A stretch of DNA of 64,000 nucleotides from contig NZ_JBJEXP010000079.1 of the NCBI RefSeq assembly GCF_051885895.1, forward strand, positions 58,146 to 122,145, in the 5' to 3' direction. Below are positions 1-9,653 of the stretch, piece after piece. Each line of letters starts with the position of its first letter. Within the stretch, counting starts at the first letter, position 1. The position numbers and the translations under genes were made by a program. Origin of the DNA: Dialister sp. (lineage in GTDB: Bacteria > Bacillota > Negativicutes > Veillonellales > Dialisteraceae). The notes below the pieces were generated by a model that searched no databases, was not told the DNA's origin, and saw nothing but the letters and a program-made list of their open reading frames with translations.

Positions 1-1067
1 GCCAGGGATTCGGCAGAGGGGTCGCCGGATACGGGGGTAATGATGGCCTGGCTCCCCAGATAGACGGTGCCGTCTCTGACCTCGGCGGAATTCTTGTTTT
101 CTCCGTGGTCATAGGCAGCGGCCAGATTGCCCATGACGAAGTATTTCCTTTCAGCAGCGCTCATGTCGCCGGCAGGAGCAGGGGTAACGAATTCTTTCCC
201 GTTGACTTCCACCGTATCGCTGCCGCTTTTCAGGGTAACATGCTTTTGGGACAGTTCGGTCAGTCTTTTTTCATAGGTATCCCGCCGTTCACTGTTGGAG
301 GGATGATCGGAAGGAGCGAATACTTCCTGGGCAAAGCTGGGGTCGTTGTCTCCGCCTTTTTCAATGACTCTCTGCCATACGGCAGCCGTGGCGCCGGGAT
401 TGTAGCCGGCGCGGTAAATGTAGTCGAAGGAAAGCTTATCGGCTTCCTTTTCATCGTTTCTTCCAATCTGCACCGTTTCGATCTGGTTCACGGCAATGCT
501 CAGCACTTCCTGGCTCAGGACGCTGTCGCCCATAGCGCCGGAAAGAACAGCGGCGCCCAGCTCTGTTTTGGCCTTTTTGTGAAGGGCGTTCATGACATGG
601 TTCTTCTGGCCGTGTCCCATTTCATGACCCAGAACGACTGCGATTTCATCGGTATTGGTAAGGTATTTGAAAAGTCCGTCATTCACCACCATGACATGGC
701 CCATGGAGCAGGCGGCGTTGAAGGATTCATCGGCGGCGATAAAGTAGATATAGGGTTTTTCGTAGATGGAAGGATCTTCCGCACCGATGCTGGCGGTGAG
801 GCGGTTCATAATGCCGGATAATTCCGCTTCCTTGGCTTCATCATGCACGACGCCCATTTTTTCCTGATAGGATTTGAAGAGTTCCTGACGTCCCTCTTCC
901 GTGTTGTTGTAATAGTTGAACTGTTTATCCAGCAGGGCATACTGGGCGGCACCCTGGGCGATGCCGATAACGTCTCCGATACTGAAGGCTTCTGCCGGAA
1001 GAGCAGGCATGGTGCAGGCGGACATCATGGCCAGCATGGCGGCGGTGCATATCAATTTCTTTTTCAT
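1..1067 (-). CDS. M48 family Zn metallopeptidase with signal peptide (runs off left edge; absent from ORF track)
   Basis: Manual translation of minus strand from ATG at 1067 (RBS GGAGA): MKKKLICTAAMLAMMS...DEIAVVLGHEMGHGQK (HEXXH) ...EKEAD...GYNP; no stop before window edge. Confidence 0.85.
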   Translation of the reverse strand, partial: MKKKLICTAAMLAMMSACTMPALPAEAFSIGDVIGIAQGAAQYALLDKQFNYYNNTEEGRQELFKSYQEKMGVVHDEAKEAELSGIMNRLTASIGAEDPSIYEKPYIYFIAADESFNAACSMGHVMVVNDGLFKYLTNTDEIAVVLGHEMGHGQKNHVMNALHKKAKTELGAAVLSGAMGDSVLSQEVLSIAVNQIETVQIGRNDEKEADKLSFDYIYRAGYNPGATAAVWQRVIEKGGDNDPSFAQEVFAPSDHPSNSERRDTYEKRLTELSQKHVTLKSGSDTVEVNGKEFVTPAPAGDMSAAERKYFVMGNLAAAYDHGENKNSAEVRDGTVYLGSQAIITPVSGDPSAESL

Positions 1068-1202
1068 GAAAAAATCTCCTTTCTCCTGAAAGTATCTGCT
1101 GTCTCTATGATACCGCATTTTGGAGATCAATGGTGGGATTCAATGACACCCCTGTTTCCGGACATACAGAAATCCCGGAACCGCAGGGGCTCCGGGATTT
1201 TT

Positions 1203-2114
1203 TTATTTCGACCAGTCGTGGTTGTACACGTCGTAGTTTTTCTTTGACTTCAGATAAAGGATGCTGGCATCAATGTCTTCAAGGAGCCGGTCCTTATCTC
1301 TGGGCAGGGTGGCTGCCAGACGGATATAGTTGGACACATGGTTGCTTCTGAAAATCATGTGCTCCGTTTCGGGAAGATCAAGGTGTTCGACGATGACCTT
1401 CAGCTCTTCCATGAGGCCGTAGGGCGGAAGAGGTTTGAATTCGCCGCGCTCGAACTGGTCTTTCAGTTCGCTGCCCCGATAGAGCATGAGGGAGAGGGCG
1501 GACAGGTGGGTGGGTTTGATTTCATTGATGGCATGGGCGGTGGCCAGGGCGTGTCTTTCACTGCCCGGAACGCCGGCAATGCCGAGAATGATCATAATGG
1601 AAAGATCCATGCCTGCTGCACGAACGCGTCTGCCCACTTCAATGGACTGCTCTCCGTTTACTCCTTTGCGGATATCCTTCAGGGTCTTTGAATCTCCGCT
1701 TTCCATGCCGTAGTAGAGAAGCTGGAGACCGGCCTGCTGCAGCTGCTTCAGTTCATCCAGAGACTTCCGGAGGATGTCGCCGGGGGCTGCATAGGAGGAG
1801 ACCCGTTCCAGGTTGGGGAAATATTTTTTCAGTGTATTCAGAATCTTGAGGAGCCGTTCTGTGGGAAGCACCAGTGCGTCGCCGTCAGCCAGGAATACAC
1901 GGCGTACGCCGTCCCTGTCTACGGAATAGGCAATGGCAATCTGGCGCATGATCTGTTCGTCAGAAAGCTTCTCAAACTTTACGCCTCTGTACATATTGCA
2001 GTAGGTGCAGCTGTTATGGGCACATCCTCTGGTAACCCGGAGGATGAAGCTGTCCGCTTCGCTTGGCGGACGGAAAACGGGGGTGTCATAATCGTCAAAA
2101 AATAAACCTGCCAT
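1203..2114 (-). CDS. Radical SAM protein, unknown substrate
   Basis: CxxxCxxC (CAHNSCTYC), FRPPSEA N-terminal motif, FLADGDAL; start moved to ATG 2114 after GAAAGGA RBS. Confidence 0.85.
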   Translation of the reverse strand: MAGLFFDDYDTPVFRPPSEADSFILRVTRGCAHNSCTYCNMYRGVKFEKLSDEQIMRQIAIAYSVDRDGVRRVFLADGDALVLPTERLLKILNTLKKYFPNLERVSSYAAPGDILRKSLDELKQLQQAGLQLLYYGMESGDSKTLKDIRKGVNGEQSIEVGRRVRAAGMDLSIMIILGIAGVPGSERHALATAHAINEIKPTHLSALSLMLYRGSELKDQFERGEFKPLPPYGLMEELKVIVEHLDLPETEHMIFRSNHVSNYIRLAATLPRDKDRLLEDIDASILYLKSKKNYDVYNHDWSK

Positions 2115-2257
2115 GGCATCAAATCCTTTCATTGCAAGGAAATTATTACTATACGAAACATCACGAATGTCATTATACGATATGAAGGGGAAAAATACAA
2201 CTAAAAATTTAAATATTTTAATGTGAATGGGGGGGAGAGACGATCCCTGCCGGTGAA

Positions 2258-3124
2258 TCAATGCATTTCTGATACGCCGCCGGTTGTTTCTGCCGGCTCT
2301 ACGAACCACAGAGGGTGCGCTTCTTTCAGCAGCCGGCGGAATGAAAGAGCTTCCTCCCGGTTCTGAAGAATCATGAAGAAGGCGGATCCGGAACCGGTCA
2401 TGAGAGCAGGCCGGTCCAGACCGTGAAGGACGGAGGCTGTTTCTTTCAGCAGAGGATTCATCGGGAACAGGGCTTCTTCAAAATCATTGGACAGGGATGA
2501 AAGGAGCCGGGAGAGGTTTCTGCTTTTCAGCCCTTCAGCGCAGAGATCTGTCCGATTTTCAGGATGGACTGCCAGACCGTCAATGAGGGCATAAGCCTTT
2601 CCTGTGGAAACAGAGGTCTGGGGGCGGACGATGAGAAGGGGAAGACCCTTCCAGGCAGGGAGGGGAGAAAGCTTTTCACCTATGCCCTGACACCGGGCGG
2701 CCCCTCCCCGGACACAGAAGGGCACATCGGCTCCCAGAGAAGCACCCAGAGCTGAGAGGGAGGAAAGAGAGTCCTTTGTGTCATAGAGTGCCGCCATGCC
2801 CCGCAGCACGGCGGCCGCATCGGAGGAGCCGCCGCCCATGCCGGCTTCCGAGGGAATTTCCTTGGAAAGGGTCATGCGGACGCCTCCGGAAATTCCTTTT
2901 TTCTCAAGAAAAAGAGCAGCTGCCTTAACCATGAGATTATCGTTCCCTGCGGGGGCGGTGCCTTTGAGAATGGACAGGGAAATTCCATCCCCTTTTTCCA
3001 AAGTGATGGAGTCGTGAAGAGAAATGGAATGCATGACGGAATCAATGTCATGGTAGCCGTCTTCTCTTTTTCCGGTCACCGAAAGGGTGAGGTTGATTTT
3101 GGCATAGGCTGTTTCCCGTATCAT
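2258..3124 (-). CDS. ispE: 4-diphosphocytidyl-2-C-methyl-D-erythritol kinase
   Basis: AYAKINL, REDGYHDI, IPSEAGMGGGSSDAA, GADVPF, MTGSGS motifs. Confidence 0.95.
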   Translation of the reverse strand: MIRETAYAKINLTLSVTGKREDGYHDIDSVMHSISLHDSITLEKGDGISLSILKGTAPAGNDNLMVKAAALFLEKKGISGGVRMTLSKEIPSEAGMGGGSSDAAAVLRGMAALYDTKDSLSSLSALGASLGADVPFCVRGGAARCQGIGEKLSPLPAWKGLPLLIVRPQTSVSTGKAYALIDGLAVHPENRTDLCAEGLKSRNLSRLLSSLSNDFEEALFPMNPLLKETASVLHGLDRPALMTGSGSAFFMILQNREEALSFRRLLKEAHPLWFVEPAETTGGVSEMH

Positions 3125-3174
3125 ATTTTTACTCCTTCCATATGATGATTTCCTTTATTATATCCTATGATTAG

Positions 3175-3212
3175 AAAAAGGATTGTGCCTGTTTTTCTGC
3201 ACAATCCTTTTT
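3175..3212 (-). terminator. Intrinsic terminator after the D-hydroxyacid dehydrogenase
   Basis: AAAAAGGATTGTGC / GCACAATCCTTTTT 14-bp inverted repeat. Confidence 0.7.
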
Positions 3213-3267
3213 GTCCTTTTTACGGATAGGAGGGTCCTGCCTGCCCTCGGCATGCCAACCCTTTTTC

Positions 3268-4251
3268 TCATTTCGTCAATTCAAAGGGACAGGCTTTTCC
3301 TTCCCTGAACTGCAGATAGGATTCAAAATTATTTTTTGACATATCATACACATCCTTTTCCGTGTAAAAGGCAGTGTGGGGCGTATGGATCACATTGGGG
3401 AAGGAGCGCAGGATGGCCAGCTTGTCATCATCCAGGGGCTGGTCTATATAGTTCAGCCGTTTGTGCTCGTTTTCCGTGACATCAAGACCGGCACCTCCTA
3501 TTTTGCCGGATTTGATGCCCCGGATGAGGGCGTCGGTGTCTACCAGCTTTCCCCGCGCCGTGTTAATGAGGATCACGTGGTCCTTCATTTTGGAAATGGT
3601 TTCATCATTGATGAGGTAATGGTTTTCTTCTGTGGCATTCATATGAAGGGTGATGATGTCCGATTCCCGAAGGAGGGTGTCCAGGTCCACATAGGTGACG
3701 AAGTTCTCTATGTCCCTGTTCCTGTACAGGTCATAGCCCAGAAGGCGGCAGCCGAAGCCGCGGAGGTGGCGGGCCACGGTGCTTCCGATATGGCCGGTGC
3801 CGATGATGCCTACGGTGGAGTCCGATATTTCCAGTCCCATTTTTCCTTGCAGCGTGAAATCGTTACAGCGGGAAGACTCAATGATCAGTTTCAGCTTTCG
3901 GCTGCAGGCCAGCATGAGCATGATGGCATAATTGGCCACGCTGTTTGGCGGATATCCCGTGTTACTTACGCGGAGCCCGATTTTTTTCGCATGGGCCGTA
4001 TCTACATGATCATAGCCGATGGTACGGCAGAGGATGTATCGAATTCCCGCTGCCTTTGCCCGGTCCAGAAGGGCCGCGTCCACGGAGGTGGACTCCATGA
4101 TGCTGATAGCATCAAACCCTTTTGACAAAGGAAGGGTATCCGATGAAAACTGCTCTTCCGTATAGGCAAAGGGTACACCATATTCACCGGAAAGCTTCCG
4201 GCAGATATCCAATTCGTCAAATTTTCGAAGTCCATAAAAGAAAATGCCCAT
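3268..4251 (-). CDS. D-isomer-specific 2-hydroxyacid dehydrogenase (D-lactate dehydrogenase-like)
   Basis: GIIGTGHIG Rossmann motif, LINTARG, GLDV, HTPHTAFYT; ATG 4251 after GAGGTG RBS. Confidence 0.88.
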   Translation of the reverse strand: MGIFFYGLRKFDELDICRKLSGEYGVPFAYTEEQFSSDTLPLSKGFDAISIMESTSVDAALLDRAKAAGIRYILCRTIGYDHVDTAHAKKIGLRVSNTGYPPNSVANYAIMLMLACSRKLKLIIESSRCNDFTLQGKMGLEISDSTVGIIGTGHIGSTVARHLRGFGCRLLGYDLYRNRDIENFVTYVDLDTLLRESDIITLHMNATEENHYLINDETISKMKDHVILINTARGKLVDTDALIRGIKSGKIGGAGLDVTENEHKRLNYIDQPLDDDKLAILRSFPNVIHTPHTAFYTEKDVYDMSKNNFESYLQFREGKACPFELTK

Positions 4252-4492
4252 GAGGATCACCTCGTCTGTTTTAAGAAAGTCCTTTACTAAAACCGGAATC
4301 CCGTTTTTGTTATTTTACTCCCTTTTAAATGGCGGAAGCAATGGAAAATCACGTTAGCTGCTCCCTATCTGCGGGGGACCTGGTGTAGAAGGGGATGGCT
4401 GTCGGCTGGTCTATAAAACTCCGGCGTATTTATTAGTGTGCTGCCTTCATTCTCCATTTTCTATTTTCATTTTTTATTCATTCATTTCCCTG

Positions 4493-4521
4493 TTTACCAC
4501 GCTTTACCACAGTGATATAAT
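4493..4521 (+). promoter_or_regulatory. sigmaA-type promoter of gltB
   Basis: TTTACC-N17-TATAAT. Confidence 0.6.
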
Positions 4522-4547
4522 ACAAAATACAACTAAAGTTTTCCGAA

Positions 4548-4588
4548 GCCGGACATGACAGCTCTTTTGCTGTGGTGTCCGGCTTTTT
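4548..4588 (+). terminator. Terminator-like hairpin inside the gltB 5' leader (putative attenuator)
   Basis: GCCGGACATGACAGC / GCTGTGGTGTCCGGC stem followed by TTTTT, between promoter and RBS. Confidence 0.55.
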
Positions 4589-4610
4589 GTCTCACAGGGA
4601 GGCGCGGAGT

Positions 4611-7600
4611 ATGGGAGAAATATGGAGGGATCTGCCCCAGCCCCAGGGGCTCTATGATCCGAGAAATGAGCATGATGCCTGCGGCATCGGCTTTGTGGCA
4701 AATATTAAAGGAAAAAGGTCCTATGGGATTGTGGATGATGCGCTGAAAATTCTGGAAAATCTGAAGCATCGCGGCGGCGAGGGAGCAGACCAGAAGAGCG
4801 GAGACGGCGCAGGCATCCTGACCCAGATTCCCCATGAATTCTTCCAGCGGGAATGCGAAGTGCTGGGCTTTCATCTTCCTCCAGAAGGCGAATACGGCGT
4901 AGGCATGATTTTTGCCCATCGGTACAGGGATTTCCGGGAGGAGCAGAAGCGCATCTTCGAAGACATTGTGAAGGAAGAAGGGCAGACCGTACTGGGCTGG
5001 CGGGAAGTGCCTATCGACGAAAGCCTTATCGGCGAAGAAGCCAAGCGGATACGTCCCCATTTCCTGCAGGTTTTCATCGGCCGGGATCCCTCCATTAAGG
5101 AGCCCATGGATTTTGAGAGAAAGCTCTATCTGATCCGACGGCTGGCAGAAAAGAAGATTATCCCCCTGTCGGAAGGCATGGGCACCGATTTCTATATTGC
5201 CAGTCTGTCGTCCCGCACCATTGTATACAAGGGCATGCTTACCAGCGACCAGATGCGCCATTTCTATCTGGATCTTTCAGATCTGGATTTCAAGACAGCC
5301 ATGGCTCTCGTGCATTCCCGGTTCAGCACCAATACTTTCCCCAGCTGGGCCAGAGCCCATCCGAACCGCTATATCGTGCATAACGGGGAAATCAATACCA
5401 TTCAGGGAAATATCAACTGGCTGAATGCCAGAGAAAGCAAATCCCGGCCTTCCGACTATCCGGAACTGGCCAAGGCATTCCCCGTGGTAGATGCTACGGG
5501 AAGCGACTCCGCCATGTTTGACAACTGTCTGGAATATCTCCATATGGCCGGCCATTCCCTGGCCCATGCCATGATGGTCATGATTCCGGAACCCTGGGAA
5601 AAGAATCCTTCCATGAGCCAGGAAAAGAAAGATTTCTACCGCTATCATAATTTCATGATGGAACCCTGGGATGGGCCGGCGGCCATCTGCTTCTGCGACG
5701 GCGTGGTTATCGGCGGTATGCTGGACAGAAACGGACTTCGCCCTGCCCGGTACTATGTGATGAAGGATGACCGGGTGATCCTGTCTTCCGAAGTAGGCTC
5801 CGTACCGGTCAGCCAGGAGGATGTGCTCTACAAGGGCCGACTGGAACCGGGGAAAATTTTCCTTATTGATACATCCCAGCAGCGCATCGTGGGAGATGAG
5901 GAAATCAAGCACAACATGGCCAAGGCTCACCCCTACGGCGACTGGTGCAGGGAACATATTCTGGATCTGAAGGATCTGGAGAAAAAGGAAGTGAAGAAGC
6001 CGCTTCCGGCGGAACTGCTGGAGCAGCAGCGGGCGTTCGGCTACACCCAGGAGGATATGCGGGATATGATTATCCCCATGGCCCAGGATGGAAAAGATCC
6101 GGTGGGCGCTATGGGCATGGACTCCCCGCTTCCCGTGCTTTCGGAAAAGCCGCGCCTCCTCTATGACTATTTTCAGCAGAATTTTGCCCAGGTCACCAAT
6201 CCGCCCATTGATGCCATCCGGGAGAAAATCGTAACTTCCTCCACCGTATATGTGGGGAACATGGCCAATATCATGGATCCCGATGAAAAGGGCACGGCAG
6301 CCCTTGCCATGGACCGTCCCCTGCTGACCAATGAAGAAATGGAAGCGGTGAAGGAACTGAAGGACGAACGCCTCCGCCCGGTGGTGCTTTCCCTCCTGTA
6401 TCCGGCGGAAGGGAAGGGAGAACTCCAGAAGGCACTGGACGCTCTTTTTGATAAGGCACTTCAGGCAGTGAAGGACGGACATAATATTCTCATCCTCTCC
6501 GACCGCGGCGTGGACCGGGATCACCTGGCCATTCCTGCTCTTTTGGCGTCGGCGGGGCTGCATAACTTCCTCATCCGGGAAAAGGTGCGCCCGGACGTGG
6601 GCATTATCCTGGAATCAGGAGAACCGAGGGAAGTCCATCATTTCTGCACCCTTATCGGCTACGGCGCCACCGCCATCAATCCCTATCTTGCCCTGGATAC
6701 GGCAGGGGATCTGGCGGAAAAGGGCCGGCTTGGCGGGAAGACGGCAGAGGAAGCGCAGGAAAATTACATGAATGCTTCCGTAAAGGGCATCCTGGCGGTC
6801 ATGTCGAAAATGGGGATTTCCACGGTAAAAAGCTATCACGGTGCCCAGATTTTTGAAGCCGTAGGCATTGGGAAAGAAGTGGCCGATACCTTCTTCGGGC
6901 ATACCGCTTCTCCTGTAGGGGGCATGGGCATTGCGGATATCGAAGAGGAAAACCGGCGCCGCCATGAAGAGGCTTATGGTAAAAAGAGAGGCCTTCCTGC
7001 CGGGGATATTTTCAAATACCGCAGAAACGGCGACGAACCCCATATCCTGACAGCAGAAGCTATCCGCCTTCTCCAGCAGGCCTGCCGCAGCGGCAGCTAT
7101 GAACTGTATAAAGTCTATGCCAAAAAAGTGAATGAGCCTCTCATCCGGCTCCGGGATCTCCTGGATTTCACCTATCCTGCCGGATGCAGCATTCCTATTG
7201 AAGAAGTGGAAAGCGTGGAATCCCTTGTCCGCCATTTCCGCACCGGCGCCATGAGCTACGGCGCTCTCAGCAGGGAAGCCCACGAATGTATTGCCAGAGC
7301 CATGAACTCCCTCCACAGCCGAAGCAATACCGGAGAAGGCGGGGAGGATGCGGAGCGGTTTGCTCCCCTGCCCGACGGCAGCAGCATAAATGATGAAATC
7401 AAGCAGGTGTCCACGGCCCGCTTCGGCGTCACCGGCAATTACCTGGTTCATGGATCGGAAATCCAGATCAAGTGCGCCCAGGGAGCCAAGCCCGGCGAAG
7501 GCGGACATCTTCCGGGCAGCAAGGTGGATCCTGCCATTGCCCGCACCAGGCACTCCACGCCCGGCGTATCTCTCATTTCCCCTCCGCCCCATCATGATGT

Positions 7601-9161
7601 ATATTCCATTGAGGATCTGGCGGAACTCATCTTTGATCTGAAGAATGCAAACCCGAAAGCGGAAATCAACGTGAAACTGACTGCAGGCAACGGTGTTGGC
7701 ACCATAGCTGCCGGGGTGGTCAAGGCCAAGGCTGACGGCATTACCATCAGCGGCTATGACGGCGGCACCGGCGCCTCTCCCAGAACCAGCATGCGCCATG
7801 CCGGCCTTCCCTGGGAAATCGGCCTTTCTGAAGTGCAGCAGGTGCTTCTCCTGAACCAGCTCCGCGACCGGGTCAAGCTGGAAACCGACGGCAAGCTGCT
7901 GACAGGAAGGGACGTGGCTGTTGCGGCTCTTCTGGGAGCGGAGCTTTTCAGCTTCTGCACCGGGCCACTCATTGCCCTGGGCTGCCAGATGTATCGCGTG
8001 TGCAACAGAAATACCTGCCCCGTGGGCATCTGCACCCAGGATGAAAAGCTGAGAAAACGGTTCACCGGAAAACCGGAATACGTAGTGAACTTCATGCGCT
8101 TTGTGGCGGAGGATCTGCGGGAAATCATGGCCCGTCTGGGATTCCGCAGGCTGGAAGACATGGTAGGAAGGAACGACCGTCTGAAACAGAAGGGGCTTAC
8201 GGGCAATCCCAAGGCGGACACCCTCAATCTGGATGCCCTGCTTTTCCGGCCCTATACAGATATTTCCGTAGGCCATCATTTTATGAAGCAGCAGGATCAC
8301 CAGATGGAAAAGACCCTGGACATGGCCAAACTGGTGCGCATGTGCAAACCGGCACTGGATGAAGGGAAACCGGTACGGGCCAAGCTTTTCATCAGAAATA
8401 CGAACCGGGTTACCGGCACCATTGTAGGCAGTGAAATTTCAAGAAGGTACGGTGAAAAGGGACTGCCTGAAGATACCATCCGCCTTTCCTTCGTAGGTTC
8501 TGCCGGACAGAGTTTCGGTGCCTTCATTCCCCGGGGACTGACCCTGACCCTGGAGGGGGACTCCAACGATTATACCGGCAAGGGACTTTCCGGCGGCAAA
8601 ATTATTATTTATCCGCCGAAAGAAGCCACCTTTAAGGCGGAAGACAATGTGATTATCGGAAATGTAGCCTTCTTCGGCGCTACCGGCGGGAAAGCCTTCA
8701 TTTCCGGCAGAGCGGGCGAACGGTTCTGCGTCAGAAACAGCGGAGCCACCGTAGTGGTGGAAGGCGTAGGCAATCATGGCCTGGAATACATGACCGGCGG
8801 CAAAGCGGTTATCCTGGGCCCCACCGGCATGAACCTGGCTGCCGGCATGTCCGGCGGCACCGCCTACGTGGTGGATCTGGACGAGAAACTGCTGAATCAT
8901 GAAATGGTTCATGCGGAACCGCTGGAAAATGAGGAAGAAGCAGAAGAAGTGCGGAAGCTGATTGAAGAACACTACATCTGTACCAGAAGCGAAAGGGCAG
9001 AGGAAATCCTGGCCCAGTGGAGCCGCTTCCTCCCGCGGATCAGTAAGGTTATCCCCAAAGACTATGAAGCCATGGAAATAGAAATCCGCCGTTTCATGAA
9101 TCAGGGGAAGACAAGAAAAGAAGCGGAGCAGGCAGCCTTTGACATGAAATTTGCCAGATAG
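4611..9161 (+). CDS. gltB: Glutamate synthase large (alpha) subunit
   Basis: HDACGIGF amidotransferase N-terminal Cys, HSRFSTNTFPSW, SNTGEGGE, QGAKPGEGG, C-x5-C-x4-CP 3Fe-4S motif, GXGXG C-terminal domain; start at ATG 4611 after GGAGG. Confidence 0.97.
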   Translation: MGEIWRDLPQPQGLYDPRNEHDACGIGFVANIKGKRSYGIVDDALKILENLKHRGGEGADQKSGDGAGILTQIPHEFFQRECEVLGFHLPPEGEYGVGMIFAHRYRDFREEQKRIFEDIVKEEGQTVLGWREVPIDESLIGEEAKRIRPHFLQVFIGRDPSIKEPMDFERKLYLIRRLAEKKIIPLSEGMGTDFYIASLSSRTIVYKGMLTSDQMRHFYLDLSDLDFKTAMALVHSRFSTNTFPSWARAHPNRYIVHNGEINTIQGNINWLNARESKSRPSDYPELAKAFPVVDATGSDSAMFDNCLEYLHMAGHSLAHAMMVMIPEPWEKNPSMSQEKKDFYRYHNFMMEPWDGPAAICFCDGVVIGGMLDRNGLRPARYYVMKDDRVILSSEVGSVPVSQEDVLYKGRLEPGKIFLIDTSQQRIVGDEEIKHNMAKAHPYGDWCREHILDLKDLEKKEVKKPLPAELLEQQRAFGYTQEDMRDMIIPMAQDGKDPVGAMGMDSPLPVLSEKPRLLYDYFQQNFAQVTNPPIDAIREKIVTSSTVYVGNMANIMDPDEKGTAALAMDRPLLTNEEMEAVKELKDERLRPVVLSLLYPAEGKGELQKALDALFDKALQAVKDGHNILILSDRGVDRDHLAIPALLASAGLHNFLIREKVRPDVGIILESGEPREVHHFCTLIGYGATAINPYLALDTAGDLAEKGRLGGKTAEEAQENYMNASVKGILAVMSKMGISTVKSYHGAQIFEAVGIGKEVADTFFGHTASPVGGMGIADIEEENRRRHEEAYGKKRGLPAGDIFKYRRNGDEPHILTAEAIRLLQQACRSGSYELYKVYAKKVNEPLIRLRDLLDFTYPAGCSIPIEEVESVESLVRHFRTGAMSYGALSREAHECIARAMNSLHSRSNTGEGGEDAERFAPLPDGSSINDEIKQVSTARFGVTGNYLVHGSEIQIKCAQGAKPGEGGHLPGSKVDPAIARTRHSTPGVSLISPPPHHDVYSIEDLAELIFDLKNANPKAEINVKLTAGNGVGTIAAGVVKAKADGITISGYDGGTGASPRTSMRHAGLPWEIGLSEVQQVLLLNQLRDRVKLETDGKLLTGRDVAVAALLGAELFSFCTGPLIALGCQMYRVCNRNTCPVGICTQDEKLRKRFTGKPEYVVNFMRFVAEDLREIMARLGFRRLEDMVGRNDRLKQKGLTGNPKADTLNLDALLFRPYTDISVGHHFMKQQDHQMEKTLDMAKLVRMCKPALDEGKPVRAKLFIRNTNRVTGTIVGSEISRRYGEKGLPEDTIRLSFVGSAGQSFGAFIPRGLTLTLEGDSNDYTGKGLSGGKIIIYPPKEATFKAEDNVIIGNVAFFGATGGKAFISGRAGERFCVRNSGATVVVEGVGNHGLEYMTGGKAVILGPTGMNLAAGMSGGTAYVVDLDEKLLNHEMVHAEPLENEEEAEEVRKLIEEHYICTRSERAEEILAQWSRFLPRISKVIPKDYEAMEIEIRRFMNQGKTRKEAEQAAFDMKFAR

Positions 9162-9653
9162 GCGGTTCCCGGGAAACAGAACTTCCTGCCCGGCATTTTC
9201 AAAAAGAAAGAGACGGCACCGGCGTGGCTCCCGCATTGGCAGATTTTTTTCTACGGGACATTTTCCTCCTTTTCCGGACTGTATAGATAGAGAAGCGAAA
9301 GGGCCCGGAAGGGCCGGCCATAGAATCCTGCCGGCGCGCATCCATGGAAGGCAGGATGGCCCGGCTCCTCCTTCATGATCCGCTTCTCCCGGCCGGCTGA
9401 AAAATAAATCCTGCAAAACTCCCTGCAATTCCCGGGGGTCTGACACATTACCGGGAATGGACAGGGAGTTTTTGCCGTGGAAGAAATGGGATATTCCACG
9501 GGATCTTCCTTTATGACAGGGAGCGGAAAGCCCCTTTTCAAAAGAGCGGTGTCTGGATTATAATTAAGAATGGAAAAATGGCAGTGAAAGCGAAACATAC
9601 CGGGAGGCAGGGCCAGGATGCATGCCTGCAGGGACGGGGAAAGGAGGTCTGCT

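Noticed and set aside
2192-2205. 14-mer AAAATACAACTAAA shared with 4524-4537
   Set aside because: Low-complexity A-rich sequence; at 2192 it overlaps the rSAM -35 (TTGTAT); no palindrome
3268-4251. VanH-like glycopeptide resistance gene
   Set aside because: Generic D-2-hydroxyacid dehydrogenase; no vanA/vanX/vanRS neighbours
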